In this document: one piece after another, positions 54,812 through 63,763 of the stretch
How the letters are laid out: each line of letters opens with the position of its first letter
Position numbering within the stretch: the first letter of the stretch is position 1
Assembly (NCBI GenBank): GCA_050115495.1
Contig: JASFQK010000002.1
Span: forward strand, 128,001 to 192,000
Length of the DNA stretch: 64,000 nucleotides
Direction of reading: 5' to 3'
Origin: Phycisphaerae bacterium
GTDB taxonomy: Bacteria; Planctomycetota; Phycisphaerae; UBA1845; Fen-1342
Position numbers and translations under genes: made by a program
The notes under the pieces: generated by a model
What the model saw: only the letters and a program-made list of their open reading frames with translations
The model's database searches: none
Told to the model about the DNA's origin: nothing

Positions 54812-55439
54812 TGAAGACCATCCCATTCCTGATGTGAACCGACTGGCCTTCGATCAGAGTCCCCTCGGGATTGCAGGGCGGGCCATTTCGGTAGGTCGCG
54901 GTGAAGAGCCAGTTGGCGCCCTCCGGTACCGGGTCGAACGCCAGCGTGAGTAGTTCCCTGAACGTCAATGTCCTCTGTTCGACCGTTTTCCTGCGGCCGT
55001 TGACGATGATCGTGAGCACCCGTTCGGTGTAGAAACGCTCCAGACCCCGTCGGTCGAGCGAGACTTCCTGACCAGGCTGGAGCAGCAGATCTTCCTGATT
55101 GCGCCGCTCCAACCAAACGCGACCGTGGTGACCTACGCCCGCGATGTGTCTCAGCGTCGACTCGGCGATTGAGTCGGCGCCCCACGGCTGACGCTGGCCG
55201 TTGAGTTCGAAGTTGAACAGGCGGTCGGCGCAGAATGTCAGAAAACGCTCGCGCCCCGGTTCCTGAAGGTCCACCGTCTCCTCGAGGTCAATGTCCTCAA
55301 GCTGTCGTCCTTCGCCGAAATGAAGCACAACGTGCTCCTCCACCGGCGTTCGCCCGGCAAGCTCCAGTAGTTGGCGACCCGTTAGCACGGGGTCGGCAGA
55401 CTGGTACGTCTGACCGTCCATCGTGAGCGTGTATGCCAT
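54786..55439 (-). CDS. Multi-ubiquitin domain protein (three beta-grasp/Ubl domains)
   Basis: Three units: DGQTY....P.LTGRQLL.LAG...E.VDL..PG.ERF; NGQ...W....I....L...AG...V.L...G.ERF; IIVNGR.K......L.F......F...G.L..GQSV.I.NGM.FNVT. SD GAGG. Confidence 0.85.
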   Translation of the reverse strand: MAYTLTMDGQTYQSADPVLTGRQLLELAGRTPVEEHVVLHFGEGRQLEDIDLEETVDLQEPGRERFLTFCADRLFNFELNGQRQPWGADSIAESTLRHIAGVGHHGRVWLERRNQEDLLLQPGQEVSLDRRGLERFYTERVLTIIVNGRRKTVEQRTLTFRELLTLAFDPVPEGANWLFTATYRNGPPCNPEGTLIEGQSVHIRNGMVFNVTATDKS

Positions 55440-55581
55440 TCTCGGACCTCACTTTCTCACTTTCGTGATACAAATGTTGACGAATCCGTATATAATGAGT
55501 GCCAGAGGAAGGGCCCACGCTGGGCCCTAGAGACGCAATCGTCATAGTTCTTTATACGTCATCGTCAATGAGGTGTCAAGG

Positions 55582-55929
55582 ATGTCCGAGAATTTCGCGG
55601 ATCGGCTGCGCAAGATCCGGCTGGAAAGGGGATTGAGCCAAACCGACCTCGCCAAGCGGGCGAGGTTTCAGCCCTCCGCGATCTCCCACTTCGAAACACG
55701 GACCCGCTCGCCTTCGTTCGACAACCTTCGGCGACTCGCGGACGCCCTCGGAGTATCGATCGATTACCTGCTCGGACGCCAGTCAGAATCCACTGCGGCT
55801 GGGCCAGTGGCCGACCGCCTACACCGCAACTTCGAGAAGATGAGTTCTTCCGACCAGGAGTTCATTGCAGCGATGGCCGAAGAACTCGCGAAGAAGAATG
55901 CAGCTGCGGACAAGGACAGGGGAGCGTAG
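55582..55929 (+). CDS. XRE-family HTH transcriptional regulator (CapH-like)
   Basis: FADRLRKIRLERGLSQTDLA......SAISHFE...RSPSFDNLRRLADALGVSIDYLLGR. Confidence 0.9.
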   Translation: MSENFADRLRKIRLERGLSQTDLAKRARFQPSAISHFETRTRSPSFDNLRRLADALGVSIDYLLGRQSESTAAGPVADRLHRNFEKMSSSDQEFIAAMAEELAKKNAAADKDRGA

Positions 55930-55932
55930 CGC

Positions 55933-56766
55933 GTGGGGAATTCGATCCACTATGAGCAAGGTGAGGCGCAGGCACGCTGTGTGCTGGAGGCAAACGGCCT
56001 GACCACACTGCCTGTATGCCCATTCGCGCTCGCAGAGAAGCACGATATCGTGGTGAGGACACGCAAGAGCGGGGAGCCGGGGGTAACGGGCTTCCTCATG
56101 CGCATAGGCCAGGAGTTCGGCGTCTACTACGCCTCGCACATCGATAACGACGGGTTTATTCGATTCACGGTCGCACACGAGCTGGGTCACTACTTCATAC
56201 CCGGTCACCCGCAAGCGCTCTTCCCTAATGGCGACGGCATCCACGCGAGCCGGGCCTGGAATCCGACGGGAGATCGATATGAGAAGGAAGCTGACGGGTT
56301 CGCTTCCGGTTTGCTCATGCCTCGAGAGCTGTTTGTCGCGGAGATGCGTGAGCTTCAGAGCGGTTTCGCGGCAATCGAATCGCTGGCATCGACATGTCGT
56401 ACATCGATTACCTCGACGGCGATTCGCTACGCCCGATTTGCCGATGATCCGGTCGCGGTCGTCGTGAGCACGGGGGCCCTCATAGACTACTGTTTCATGT
56501 CGGATGCGATACGGCGAATGGAGGGCGTGACGTGGATCGGCAAGGGCGAGAGCCTCCCGCCGCGATGCGAAACCAGGAAATTCAATTCGACGTCATCGAA
56601 TGTCTCCAGCGGGAGGAAAGCGTATGGATGGGCCTCGATGGACGATTGGTTCGAGGGTGCCCCACAGGTCGAGATGAAGGAGGACGTCGTCGGTCTCGGT
56701 TCGTACGGCAAGACTCTCACCGTGCTATTCACGGACCAGGCAATTGACGATGACGAGATAGACTGA
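55933..56766 (+). CDS. IrrE/ImmA-family zinc metallopeptidase (CapP-like)
   Basis: RFTVAHELGHY, EKEADGFASGLLMP and TSITSTAIRY; starts 3 nt after the HTH stop. Confidence 0.9.
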   Translation: MGNSIHYEQGEAQARCVLEANGLTTLPVCPFALAEKHDIVVRTRKSGEPGVTGFLMRIGQEFGVYYASHIDNDGFIRFTVAHELGHYFIPGHPQALFPNGDGIHASRAWNPTGDRYEKEADGFASGLLMPRELFVAEMRELQSGFAAIESLASTCRTSITSTAIRYARFADDPVAVVVSTGALIDYCFMSDAIRRMEGVTWIGKGESLPPRCETRKFNSTSSNVSSGRKAYGWASMDDWFEGAPQVEMKEDVVGLGSYGKTLTVLFTDQAIDDDEID

Positions 56767-56913
56767 GATGCCGGTTTGGTTTGCGTAGCAGAAGAGGGCA
56801 ACGAGCCCACGGCCCGAGCGCCCGAAAGCGCAAGAAGCGACCCGCTGCCGCGTCGCCGCGACAGCGGGTCGGTGTCTCGTGTGCGGACGGTGCGTCCCCG
56901 GGCCGCGATGCGC

Positions 56914-57852
56914 TTAGCGTCGCCGCAGCAGCGTCAGCGCAGCGCCGCACAGGACCATCAGGCCGCTGGTCGGCTCGGGAATGAACATGAGCCCGCGCGG
57001 CTCGGAGAGAACGCCGCCGCCGGGAATGAACACGTCGATGAACTCGCCGGTCGTGGCGTCGTAGCGCTCGACCGAGCGCTGCGTAATGTCCGTGGTCCAC
57101 GTGCAGGCGTAGAGCTTGCCGTCCGGGCCGAACTCGATGTGGGACAGCGGGGCCTCGGTCGTCAGGAACGTATCCAGGTGCTCACCGGTGGCCCAGTCGT
57201 AACGCTCGATCTTCTTCGTGGTGTAGTCCGAGATGTACAGCATCCCGTCCGGGCCGAAGTCCAGCGACATCGGGTAGTCCATCTCCGTGATGGGCGCGAA
57301 GTCACGCACGAGCGTGCGCGTCTCGGGATCCCACACCTGGACTTTGTTGCCGCTGCTGACGCTGGTGGTCACGTAGATCATCCCGTCCGGGCCGAAACGG
57401 AAGTCATGCGGATACCGCATCGTCGGGTTGCCGAAGTCGTGGACGAAGCTGCCCGTGTCTGCGTTGAAGACGCTGATGCGGCGGGTGTCGTTCGCGGCCG
57501 CGTACAGCTTGTCGTCGTGGAAGATGATCGTGACGATCTCTTCCATGTTGCTGTGCTCCGCGAAGTTGCCGAGATACTCGCCGGTCGGCCAGTCGAAACG
57601 CGTCACGCGCGAGGAGCCGAAGTTGCCGACGTAGATGTCGCCGTCGGGCCCCTGGGTGACGTCGACCGGGCTACTGAGGCCGGTGCCGGTCGCGAAGGTG
57701 CCCAGGAAGTCACCCGTTTCGAGGTCGTAGCGCAAGATGCTGTTGTTGGCCCGGCTGGTGACGAGCACCTCGGTTGGTGACGCCAGCGCCACACCGGCCC
57801 CGATGGCCAGCACGGCCAGGATACCCACTGCAATTCTGCCTCCGGTTCGCAT
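56914..57852 (-). CDS. PEP-CTERM protein with an NHL/Vgb-like beta-propeller
   Basis: Signal peptide; repeated GPDG.[IL]Y and RYD..TG..LG.F; C-terminal IPEPTS-TM-RRR; SD AGGAG. Confidence 0.88.
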   Translation of the reverse strand: MRTGGRIAVGILAVLAIGAGVALASPTEVLVTSRANNSILRYDLETGDFLGTFATGTGLSSPVDVTQGPDGDIYVGNFGSSRVTRFDWPTGEYLGNFAEHSNMEEIVTIIFHDDKLYAAANDTRRISVFNADTGSFVHDFGNPTMRYPHDFRFGPDGMIYVTTSVSSGNKVQVWDPETRTLVRDFAPITEMDYPMSLDFGPDGMLYISDYTTKKIERYDWATGEHLDTFLTTEAPLSHIEFGPDGKLYACTWTTDITQRSVERYDATTGEFIDVFIPGGGVLSEPRGLMFIPEPTSGLMVLCGAALTLLRRR

Positions 57853-58207
57853 ACTCCTGCTCCTTCCGTCCCCCGTGTCTCCTGGCCGACCTTACTAGAT
57901 CGAACCCGTCCGGCCGCGATACCCAACCGCGACCACTCGCAAGCGCATTCCGTCGCCGGCGCGGCGACGAGTCACTGATCTGCGTTCGCAACGGTGACCG
58001 GCATTGCCCGGCTGCGTCGCTGGCCGCGTCGCGAACGCCAGCAGCGCTCGTCCCGCGATCTCAGGCCGCCGGTTCGGCGGGCATTCCTCTCGTATGACGT
58101 TGAACATTGCCCACTTCCGCTCCGCGTTCGCGCCACTGCCGAACGCCCAATCCGATGCCGATGGTCTTACTCTAACGCCGCCTGAGACGTTCGTCAAGAA
58201 GATACGT

Positions 58208-58229
58208 TAGATTTCTCGTTAGAAATCTA
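58208..58229. promoter_or_regulatory. AT-rich palindrome, operator candidate
   Basis: TAGATTTCT-CGTT-AGAAATCTA, a perfect 9-bp inverted repeat in a divergent intergenic region. Confidence 0.5.
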
Positions 58230-58296
58230 GATGCGACTTGTTCCGGATCGTGAAATCGAATATCATCCGGTGCATCGGCGGTGTTGGGAGAGATCC

Positions 58297-59592
58297 ATGG
58301 CGACCACAAGCTCAAAGGCCCCGGCTTTCGAAGTCGCCGCCAATCAGATCCTGTTCGAGCTGCGACAGGCGTTCGTGGTGCTCATGGACCAGGCCGGCCT
58401 GGCGGGCATCAAGCCACTGCCTCTTGCGCGCAAACTTGGTATTGATAAGAGCTTAGCTTGGAAGATCCACCGAGTGGTCTACCCCCAGACATCGATGGAC
58501 GTGGTTCGTCATCTTCCCGGGTCGGCGAGCATTCGGCGGTTTGTCGACGCCGTCCGCGCGAAACGCGCCAGCGATTTCGACCAGGCCCAGATCGAGCGGG
58601 CGATCTCCGGGCTGGAGCAGATCATTCGGACCCATTGTGGCGATCGGGCCACGTTCCAGATGATGATGAACAGTGTCGCCGACGAGCCGTCGGAGGAAGT
58701 CGCCGAGCAGCATCGGCAGGAACTGGTGCGGGGGGCGAGCTATGTTTGGGGGGCACATGCGCGGGTCACGATGCGGGCGGACTTTGTCGCGCCGTCGGCG
58801 ACGCCGGGCATGGTGGACATCGCGTCCGTACGTGGCCTGGTGGATCTCGTGCGTTATCGGCCGAAGGTTCCGTGGGTGCTGTCGCACATGGGAGCGGTGG
58901 ATAACGACATGCGCCGCCGATCGGAGCCGTCGCGGCAGGCGATCGACCCTTCGCAGCGGTGCGAGGAGGCGGCTCCGCTGCTGACGGAGTTCTGCTCGAA
59001 ACCGCCGCCGGTGACGCGCCGTGTCCCGAGCACGCCGGGTTTGCTTCAGGACGAGCTGGTCGAGGAGCGGATGGGGACGACCGGGCTGGTCACGTGCATG
59101 ACTGGGGAGCGCGTGCTGGCGGTTACGTCGCGATACCGCGATGAGCACAACGACAACACGCGGCACCGGGCGATTCTGCGGACGCCGAGCGACCTGCTGC
59201 TCTTCGACTTGTACGTACACCGTGATCTGAAGAGCGCGATGAACCCGCAGTTCGTGCTCTACAGCAGCCTGGAAACCGGGCCGATGGTGCCGGCTACGGC
59301 TTTCGAGCGCTACCACCTGCCGGCGGCGGAGACGGTGAAGAGCCTCGGTGCGTTTCCGCCGATGACCGCGACGCCGGATGTGCCGCGCTATGCCGACATG
59401 ACGGCGTACGTGTTTGAGCGCTGCGGCTGGCAGGCCGCGGACTTCGCCGGCTTCCGGTTGCAGATGACGTATCCCCCGCTTCCGGCGGTGGCGGTGCTGC
59501 AATGGCCGCTGGCGGAGCGGCCCGACCTGTCCGGATCATCAGCAGGGTCTGAGGGGCCTGATTCACCGCCGCCGGGATTCGTTCCCCGCTGA
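58297..59592 (+). CDS. Hypothetical protein with putative N-terminal HTH (paralog of 17562-18797)
   Basis: KPLPLARKLGIDKSLAWKI HTH-like segment; shares motifs with the 17.5 kb ORF; SD GGGAG. Confidence 0.75.
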   Translation: MATTSSKAPAFEVAANQILFELRQAFVVLMDQAGLAGIKPLPLARKLGIDKSLAWKIHRVVYPQTSMDVVRHLPGSASIRRFVDAVRAKRASDFDQAQIERAISGLEQIIRTHCGDRATFQMMMNSVADEPSEEVAEQHRQELVRGASYVWGAHARVTMRADFVAPSATPGMVDIASVRGLVDLVRYRPKVPWVLSHMGAVDNDMRRRSEPSRQAIDPSQRCEEAAPLLTEFCSKPPPVTRRVPSTPGLLQDELVEERMGTTGLVTCMTGERVLAVTSRYRDEHNDNTRHRAILRTPSDLLLFDLYVHRDLKSAMNPQFVLYSSLETGPMVPATAFERYHLPAAETVKSLGAFPPMTATPDVPRYADMTAYVFERCGWQAADFAGFRLQMTYPPLPAVAVLQWPLAERPDLSGSSAGSEGPDSPPPGFVPR

Positions 59593-59631
59593 TCGGCGAC
59601 GTCTCCCGCTTGGGTGCGCTGCCCTCTGTGA

Positions 59632-60138
59632 CTACGGTACGTCCCCCTTGATCGTCTCGAAGTAGACTCGCTCGAAGGGCTGCGCCTCGGCGGGGGCCAC
59701 GAACGCGTAGCGATGGCGGACGCTCGAGTCTCGACTGGGGATGTAGTCGAACGTGTACCGTACGTCCGACTTCAGCTTGCCGACGAGATAGAACTCGGGG
59801 TTCAGGGCCTGACGCTCCTTGATGAGGTTGCTCCAGCCTTCCTTGCGCAGCTCGATCTTCTGGCCGGAGTCGTCGCGGAGGACGAAATGCTCGGCGATCC
59901 ACTCGGGCCAGGTCTGCCGCGAGACGGTGCCGTCGGCCAGCGTCACCGACGTGAGCTTGTCCTGCATGGTCATCGCCATGGCGACCACGACGTGCAGCTC
60001 GATGTCGCCGCTCTCCGGGTTCCCCATGGCCAGGCCGATCGCGAAGCCCGGGTCGCTTTTCGTTTGGCTGTACACATACCAGGCCCCCAGCCCGCACGCC
60101 GCCACAATGACCAGACCGATGATTGCCCTCGGTTTCAT
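59632..60138 (-). CDS. Hypothetical protein with an N-terminal membrane anchor
   Basis: MKPRAIIGLVIVAACGLGAWYVY; SD GAGGG; the longer ORF-track start is probably an overextension. Confidence 0.65.
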   Translation of the reverse strand: MKPRAIIGLVIVAACGLGAWYVYSQTKSDPGFAIGLAMGNPESGDIELHVVVAMAMTMQDKLTSVTLADGTVSRQTWPEWIAEHFVLRDDSGQKIELRKEGWSNLIKERQALNPEFYLVGKLKSDVRYTFDYIPSRDSSVRHRYAFVAPAEAQPFERVYFETIKGDVP

Positions 60139-60272
60139 GATTTCCCTCTCACCGACGTGCCCCACATGACGTGGCTCGACCCCACTGCCGAGCCATGCAC
60201 GGCCAGTATAACGCAAGTCGCCCTCGGTAGTGCGTGTTCCTCGGACGCTCATCGAACCGGCGCCTCGGGTGC

Positions 60273-60677
60273 TCAGATCTCCCAGCCGCACTGGGGACAG
60301 CGCGGCTCGGTCAGGCGGGCCAGCGTGTGCCGGCAACGCGGACAGCGAAGGCGTCCGCTGCCGTAGACGCCGTCCGTCAGTGTCAGCCAGTGATAGACAA
60401 GCAGGGTCACGAGAAACGGCGGGATCGTCATTACGATCAGCGCAAGCTCGATGCGGCCGAGGGCTCCCATCAAGTAATACGGCAGCCGCGTCTGCCGGAT
60501 GACCAGCCAGTAGGCGACGAGCGCGACGGCGAAGACCGGCAACGTGGCGATGAGGCGCAGCGGCCAGGCGATTCTCCGGCGGCTCTGCTGAACCCAGCCG
60601 CAGGCGGTGCATTGGCTGCGCCGCCTTCGCCGTCGCAAGGCCCCGCCGCAGGATGGACACTGCTCCGCAGGCTTCAT
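60273..60677 (-). CDS. 134-aa two-TM protein with zinc ribbons at both ends
   Basis: CPSC...CTAC, two TM helices, CPRC.HTL..LTEPRCPQCG; SD GAGGG. Confidence 0.7.
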   Translation of the reverse strand: MKPAEQCPSCGGALRRRRRRSQCTACGWVQQSRRRIAWPLRLIATLPVFAVALVAYWLVIRQTRLPYYLMGALGRIELALIVMTIPPFLVTLLVYHWLTLTDGVYGSGRLRCPRCRHTLARLTEPRCPQCGWEI

Positions 60678-60727
60678 CGCGTCGCCCTCTCTGGAACACC
60701 GCACCGCCGGCGGCGAGCGTTGCACGG

Positions 60728-61132
60728 TCAAATCACCCAGCCACACTCTGGACAGCGCGGTTCGGTCAAGTGCATCAGCAGATGGCCGCAGCGCGGGCAG
60801 TGCAGCCGCCCGTCACCATGGGTTTCATCAAAGAACGTCAGCCAGTGATATACGAGGACTCCCAGCAGCAGCGGCAGGATCGCCATCGCCGCGAAGAAGG
60901 GCTCGGCGCGCATGCCGAAGAACCACGCCGGATCGGGCCACGGGATACACTCGAACGCGCAATACACCGCCCGGTAGCCGCCGATGAAGACGAGCAAGGC
61001 CGCGATGCAGCGCAGCGGCCACGGTGCCCGTCGCCGAATCCTCAGCACGCGGCCGCAGGAACGGCAGCGGTTGTGTCGCCACCGCCGTTGCAGCACGCCA
61101 GCACAATCCGGGCACTGTTCCGGCGAGAACAT
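60728..61132 (-). CDS. 134-aa two-TM protein with zinc ribbons at both ends (tandem paralog)
   Basis: CPDC...CRSC, two TM helices, CPRCGH.L..LTEPRCPECG; SD AAGGAGG. Confidence 0.72.
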   Translation of the reverse strand: MFSPEQCPDCAGVLQRRWRHNRCRSCGRVLRIRRRAPWPLRCIAALLVFIGGYRAVYCAFECIPWPDPAWFFGMRAEPFFAAMAILPLLLGVLVYHWLTFFDETHGDGRLHCPRCGHLLMHLTEPRCPECGWVI

Positions 61133-61380
61133 CAGGCAGCCTCCTTGAGCGGACCGCTCGGTTGTCGGGGCGGTCGCGGTCGGTCGGCGCAGTGGTACGT
61201 CTCGCGCGACGATTGGTCAAGCGCGCTTCCGGACGACGGGCCCGCCCGTAGCATCGGCCCCCCGTGGCCGACGTCAAATGCCAGGAGGGCCTCAGGCACA
61301 GCGATCAGACGTCCGGTGCAGAGCCCGGACGCTACGCACATGGCTGCTCGCGGGTCGAGCTTCGCGGCGTCGGCGGAGAT

Positions 61381-62868
61381 TCACCGCTCATCGCCGGGGT
61401 CGTTTTCGATGATCCAGCGGTTGCGCTCGGTAACGCGCTGTCGAAGGAGTTTCGGGTCCGCCCCCGTGACGATGAACTGCCCCATCAGGTTCTTCGCCGG
61501 TCTCGACGTACCGCTGTCGTCTGCGTAGCGCACAAGCAGCCCATCGATGCGACATAGGAGGTCGGCGGCCAATTCGTTTTCCGGACTGAAGACCTCGTCA
61601 GTCACATGCTTCATATGCAGTTGGAGCATCGCGTTGAGTGCGCGGGCCCAACGCCAGCGCATCTGTTCGTCCCGTGGAACTAGGTCCAGTGCGGTGAGCA
61701 ATTGCTGATCTGGCCGCCGCACGGGCGGGCGCCCCACCGTGCTCCACAGGGCATCCATGGCAGCCGCGTGGCATGCAACATCCCGGGAACGCACCAAGCA
61801 AGCCATACCTCTCCATCTCGCGGTATCGTTGACTCCACGAGTCCAGCGCACCGCTAGACTGTGATCAGGCTCTCGCCACTCTGCAGCGGTGCTGTCCAGC
61901 ACCTCGCCGTATGGCGGTCCGAGCGCTGCCGCCGTCGAGGCGGCTGTCTCTTGGAACTGCTCCGGCGGTGCGGGCCGCAGCAGGTCCGTCACGAAGTCGC
62001 GCATGACCGGGGCATCCACATCCGCCAGTAGCTCCAGCATCGCCCGGCGGGTTTCGACCGAGCTCGTTGAGACCCAGTCGCCCTTCGCCAGGCGCTCCGC
62101 CGCGGCGCGCAGCTCTTCCAGCCCGCCGTACGACGGACCGGCGGTGCAGTCCTGCAGCAGCCGCAGACGCTGCTCATCCGTCAGCGCCGGCCATGATTCC
62201 TCCAGTGGTGCCGTGGTCAGCACGATCCCGCGCAAGGCCAGCCAGCGGAAGGCTTGCACACGGACATTGAGACTCTGGTCGGACAGCGCGGCCGCCGCCG
62301 CCGGGATGGTCATCGTCGGGTTGGGCTTGTCCGTCGGCGGAGCGATGCACTGTGGATCGTCGGCGAAGCCGATCGGGTCGCCGCACACAGCGAGGCGGGC
62401 GCGGACCAGGGCGCCGAGCGTTTCGTCGCCGAGGCGCCGATTGTCGCTGGCGAGCGCCGAAACCGCCTCCCGTAGCGCCGGCTGGCGGTATTTCAACAGC
62501 CCCTCGGCGGCTTCGAGGGCGATGGCGGCGTTCTGGTGTTGGAGGAGGTTCTTGAGCGGCTCCAGGAACGCCGGCTCGGGCCAGTCGCGGGCCTGGTGCA
62601 GGTAGGGGTCGTCGGTCCAGCCGCGCGGATCGCCGGGATACGTCGAGCCGTTCTCGTCCGTCAGGCGTATGGCAACCTCGGCCGCCAGACGTTCGAGCGG
62701 CGGCTGCTCGGCGGGCGCCGTGGTCGTCGCGGGCGTGTTCGCCGGCGCCGACGTCGTCCCCGACGGCTGTGCGCCACACGTCAGAGCGAGCGCGACAGCG
62801 GCGATCCACACCGCCGCAAACCGGCTGCCTTGTTGTTCGTTGATGTTTCGCTTGTTGCTCATCGTCAT
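61381..62868 (-). CDS. Hypothetical exported alpha-helical (HEAT-like) protein
   Basis: SD GGGAGG; signal-like N-terminus; Ala/Leu-rich helical segments (L.D....VR..A...L). Confidence 0.55.
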   Translation of the reverse strand: MTMSNKRNINEQQGSRFAAVWIAAVALALTCGAQPSGTTSAPANTPATTTAPAEQPPLERLAAEVAIRLTDENGSTYPGDPRGWTDDPYLHQARDWPEPAFLEPLKNLLQHQNAAIALEAAEGLLKYRQPALREAVSALASDNRRLGDETLGALVRARLAVCGDPIGFADDPQCIAPPTDKPNPTMTIPAAAAALSDQSLNVRVQAFRWLALRGIVLTTAPLEESWPALTDEQRLRLLQDCTAGPSYGGLEELRAAAERLAKGDWVSTSSVETRRAMLELLADVDAPVMRDFVTDLLRPAPPEQFQETAASTAAALGPPYGEVLDSTAAEWREPDHSLAVRWTRGVNDTARWRGMACLVRSRDVACHAAAMDALWSTVGRPPVRRPDQQLLTALDLVPRDEQMRWRWARALNAMLQLHMKHVTDEVFSPENELAADLLCRIDGLLVRYADDSGTSRPAKNLMGQFIVTGADPKLLRQRVTERNRWIIENDPGDER

Positions 62869-62999
62869 GCCTCCCGTCACGCGGCGGTCGCCGCAGAATG
62901 GCCGCGCACCCTTGGTGAGCCGTACTCCCCCTATTGTACGCACGTGGTCGTTCGCGGTTGCTCTTGCGGTCTCGGTTGGGTGGGGACTGTCGGGGGGGG

Positions 63000-63599
63000 C
63001 TACCGCGGGTCAGGTGTTGAAGTGCCGGGCGGGGTGGCCCGATAGGCTTCCCGCGCCTGCGTGATCGCCAGGGCGCACCACTTCGCGGCGGTGGCGCCGC
63101 CGAGCCGCTGGCCGTTGTACGTGGCCAGCACGATGCCGTCCGCTGATTCGAGCGACAACCGCCCCGAGAGCCAGCGCCAGCGGGCGCAGTGCAGCCGGGT
63201 CCACGGGGTCAGGTTGTCCGCGCCGGCCTCCTCCTGAAGCCGAACACCGCGATGGTTCAGGATGAGCCACGCCCGCTCGGCGTGCCGGCTGCCGCGCACC
63301 AGCGACCACAGCACGGCCCCTACAAGCAACGCCAGGAAGTACTCATCGCCCGCCTTCATGCCATGGTCTAGCCAGACCCAGCCCAGCAGAGCGATGAGCA
63401 GAAGGCCGAGCCAGACTTGCCGGAAATCCCCTTTCGCAGGCTGCAGCTCGATGACGCGGCACAGCGGATCGTACTCCAGCCCGCACTCCGGACACGTGTG
63501 AACACTCGGCAGTCCGGCGAGGCTGTACCCGCACCGGCGACAACGCGCATCGGCCGCCAGCGGTTCGATGTCGTTAGGTGGGTTGCCGTGCGGGGTCAT
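63000..63599 (-). CDS. Zinc-ribbon membrane protein
   Basis: CRRCGYSLAGLPSVHTCPECG followed by two TM helices and a beta-rich tail. Confidence 0.7.
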   Translation of the reverse strand: MTPHGNPPNDIEPLAADARCRRCGYSLAGLPSVHTCPECGLEYDPLCRVIELQPAKGDFRQVWLGLLLIALLGWVWLDHGMKAGDEYFLALLVGAVLWSLVRGSRHAERAWLILNHRGVRLQEEAGADNLTPWTRLHCARWRWLSGRLSLESADGIVLATYNGQRLGGATAAKWCALAITQAREAYRATPPGTSTPDPR

Positions 63600-63642
63600 G
63601 TTTGCGCTCGTGCGGGCTGGTGGTGGCTGGGGTTGCTCGGTG

Positions 63643-63690
63643 CAGAGGGGCAAAGGAGCAAAGGAACAAAGGGGCAAAGGGGCAGAGGCC
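63643..63690. repeat. Degenerate 8-bp tandem repeat (CA[AG]AGGNN, six units)
   Basis: CAGAGGGG CAAAGGAG CAAAGGAA CAAAGGGG CAAAGGGG CAGAGGCC. Confidence 0.75.
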
Positions 63691-63763
63691 TGCGGTCTGG
63701 CGGTGGCGGGGACTGCTTCCCGCCGATTGCGACTCGGTTGGGGACGCCGAGGGTCATACGCTC

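Noticed and set aside
52887..56900. att sites or an integrase bounding the Ubl island
   Set aside because: No tRNA, recombinase or convincing flanking direct repeat was seen by eye.
57932..57940. Another ACCACTCGC copy upstream of the NHL PEP-CTERM gene
   Set aside because: It lacks the accompanying hairpin and micropeptide; a short match is expected by chance in GC-rich DNA.
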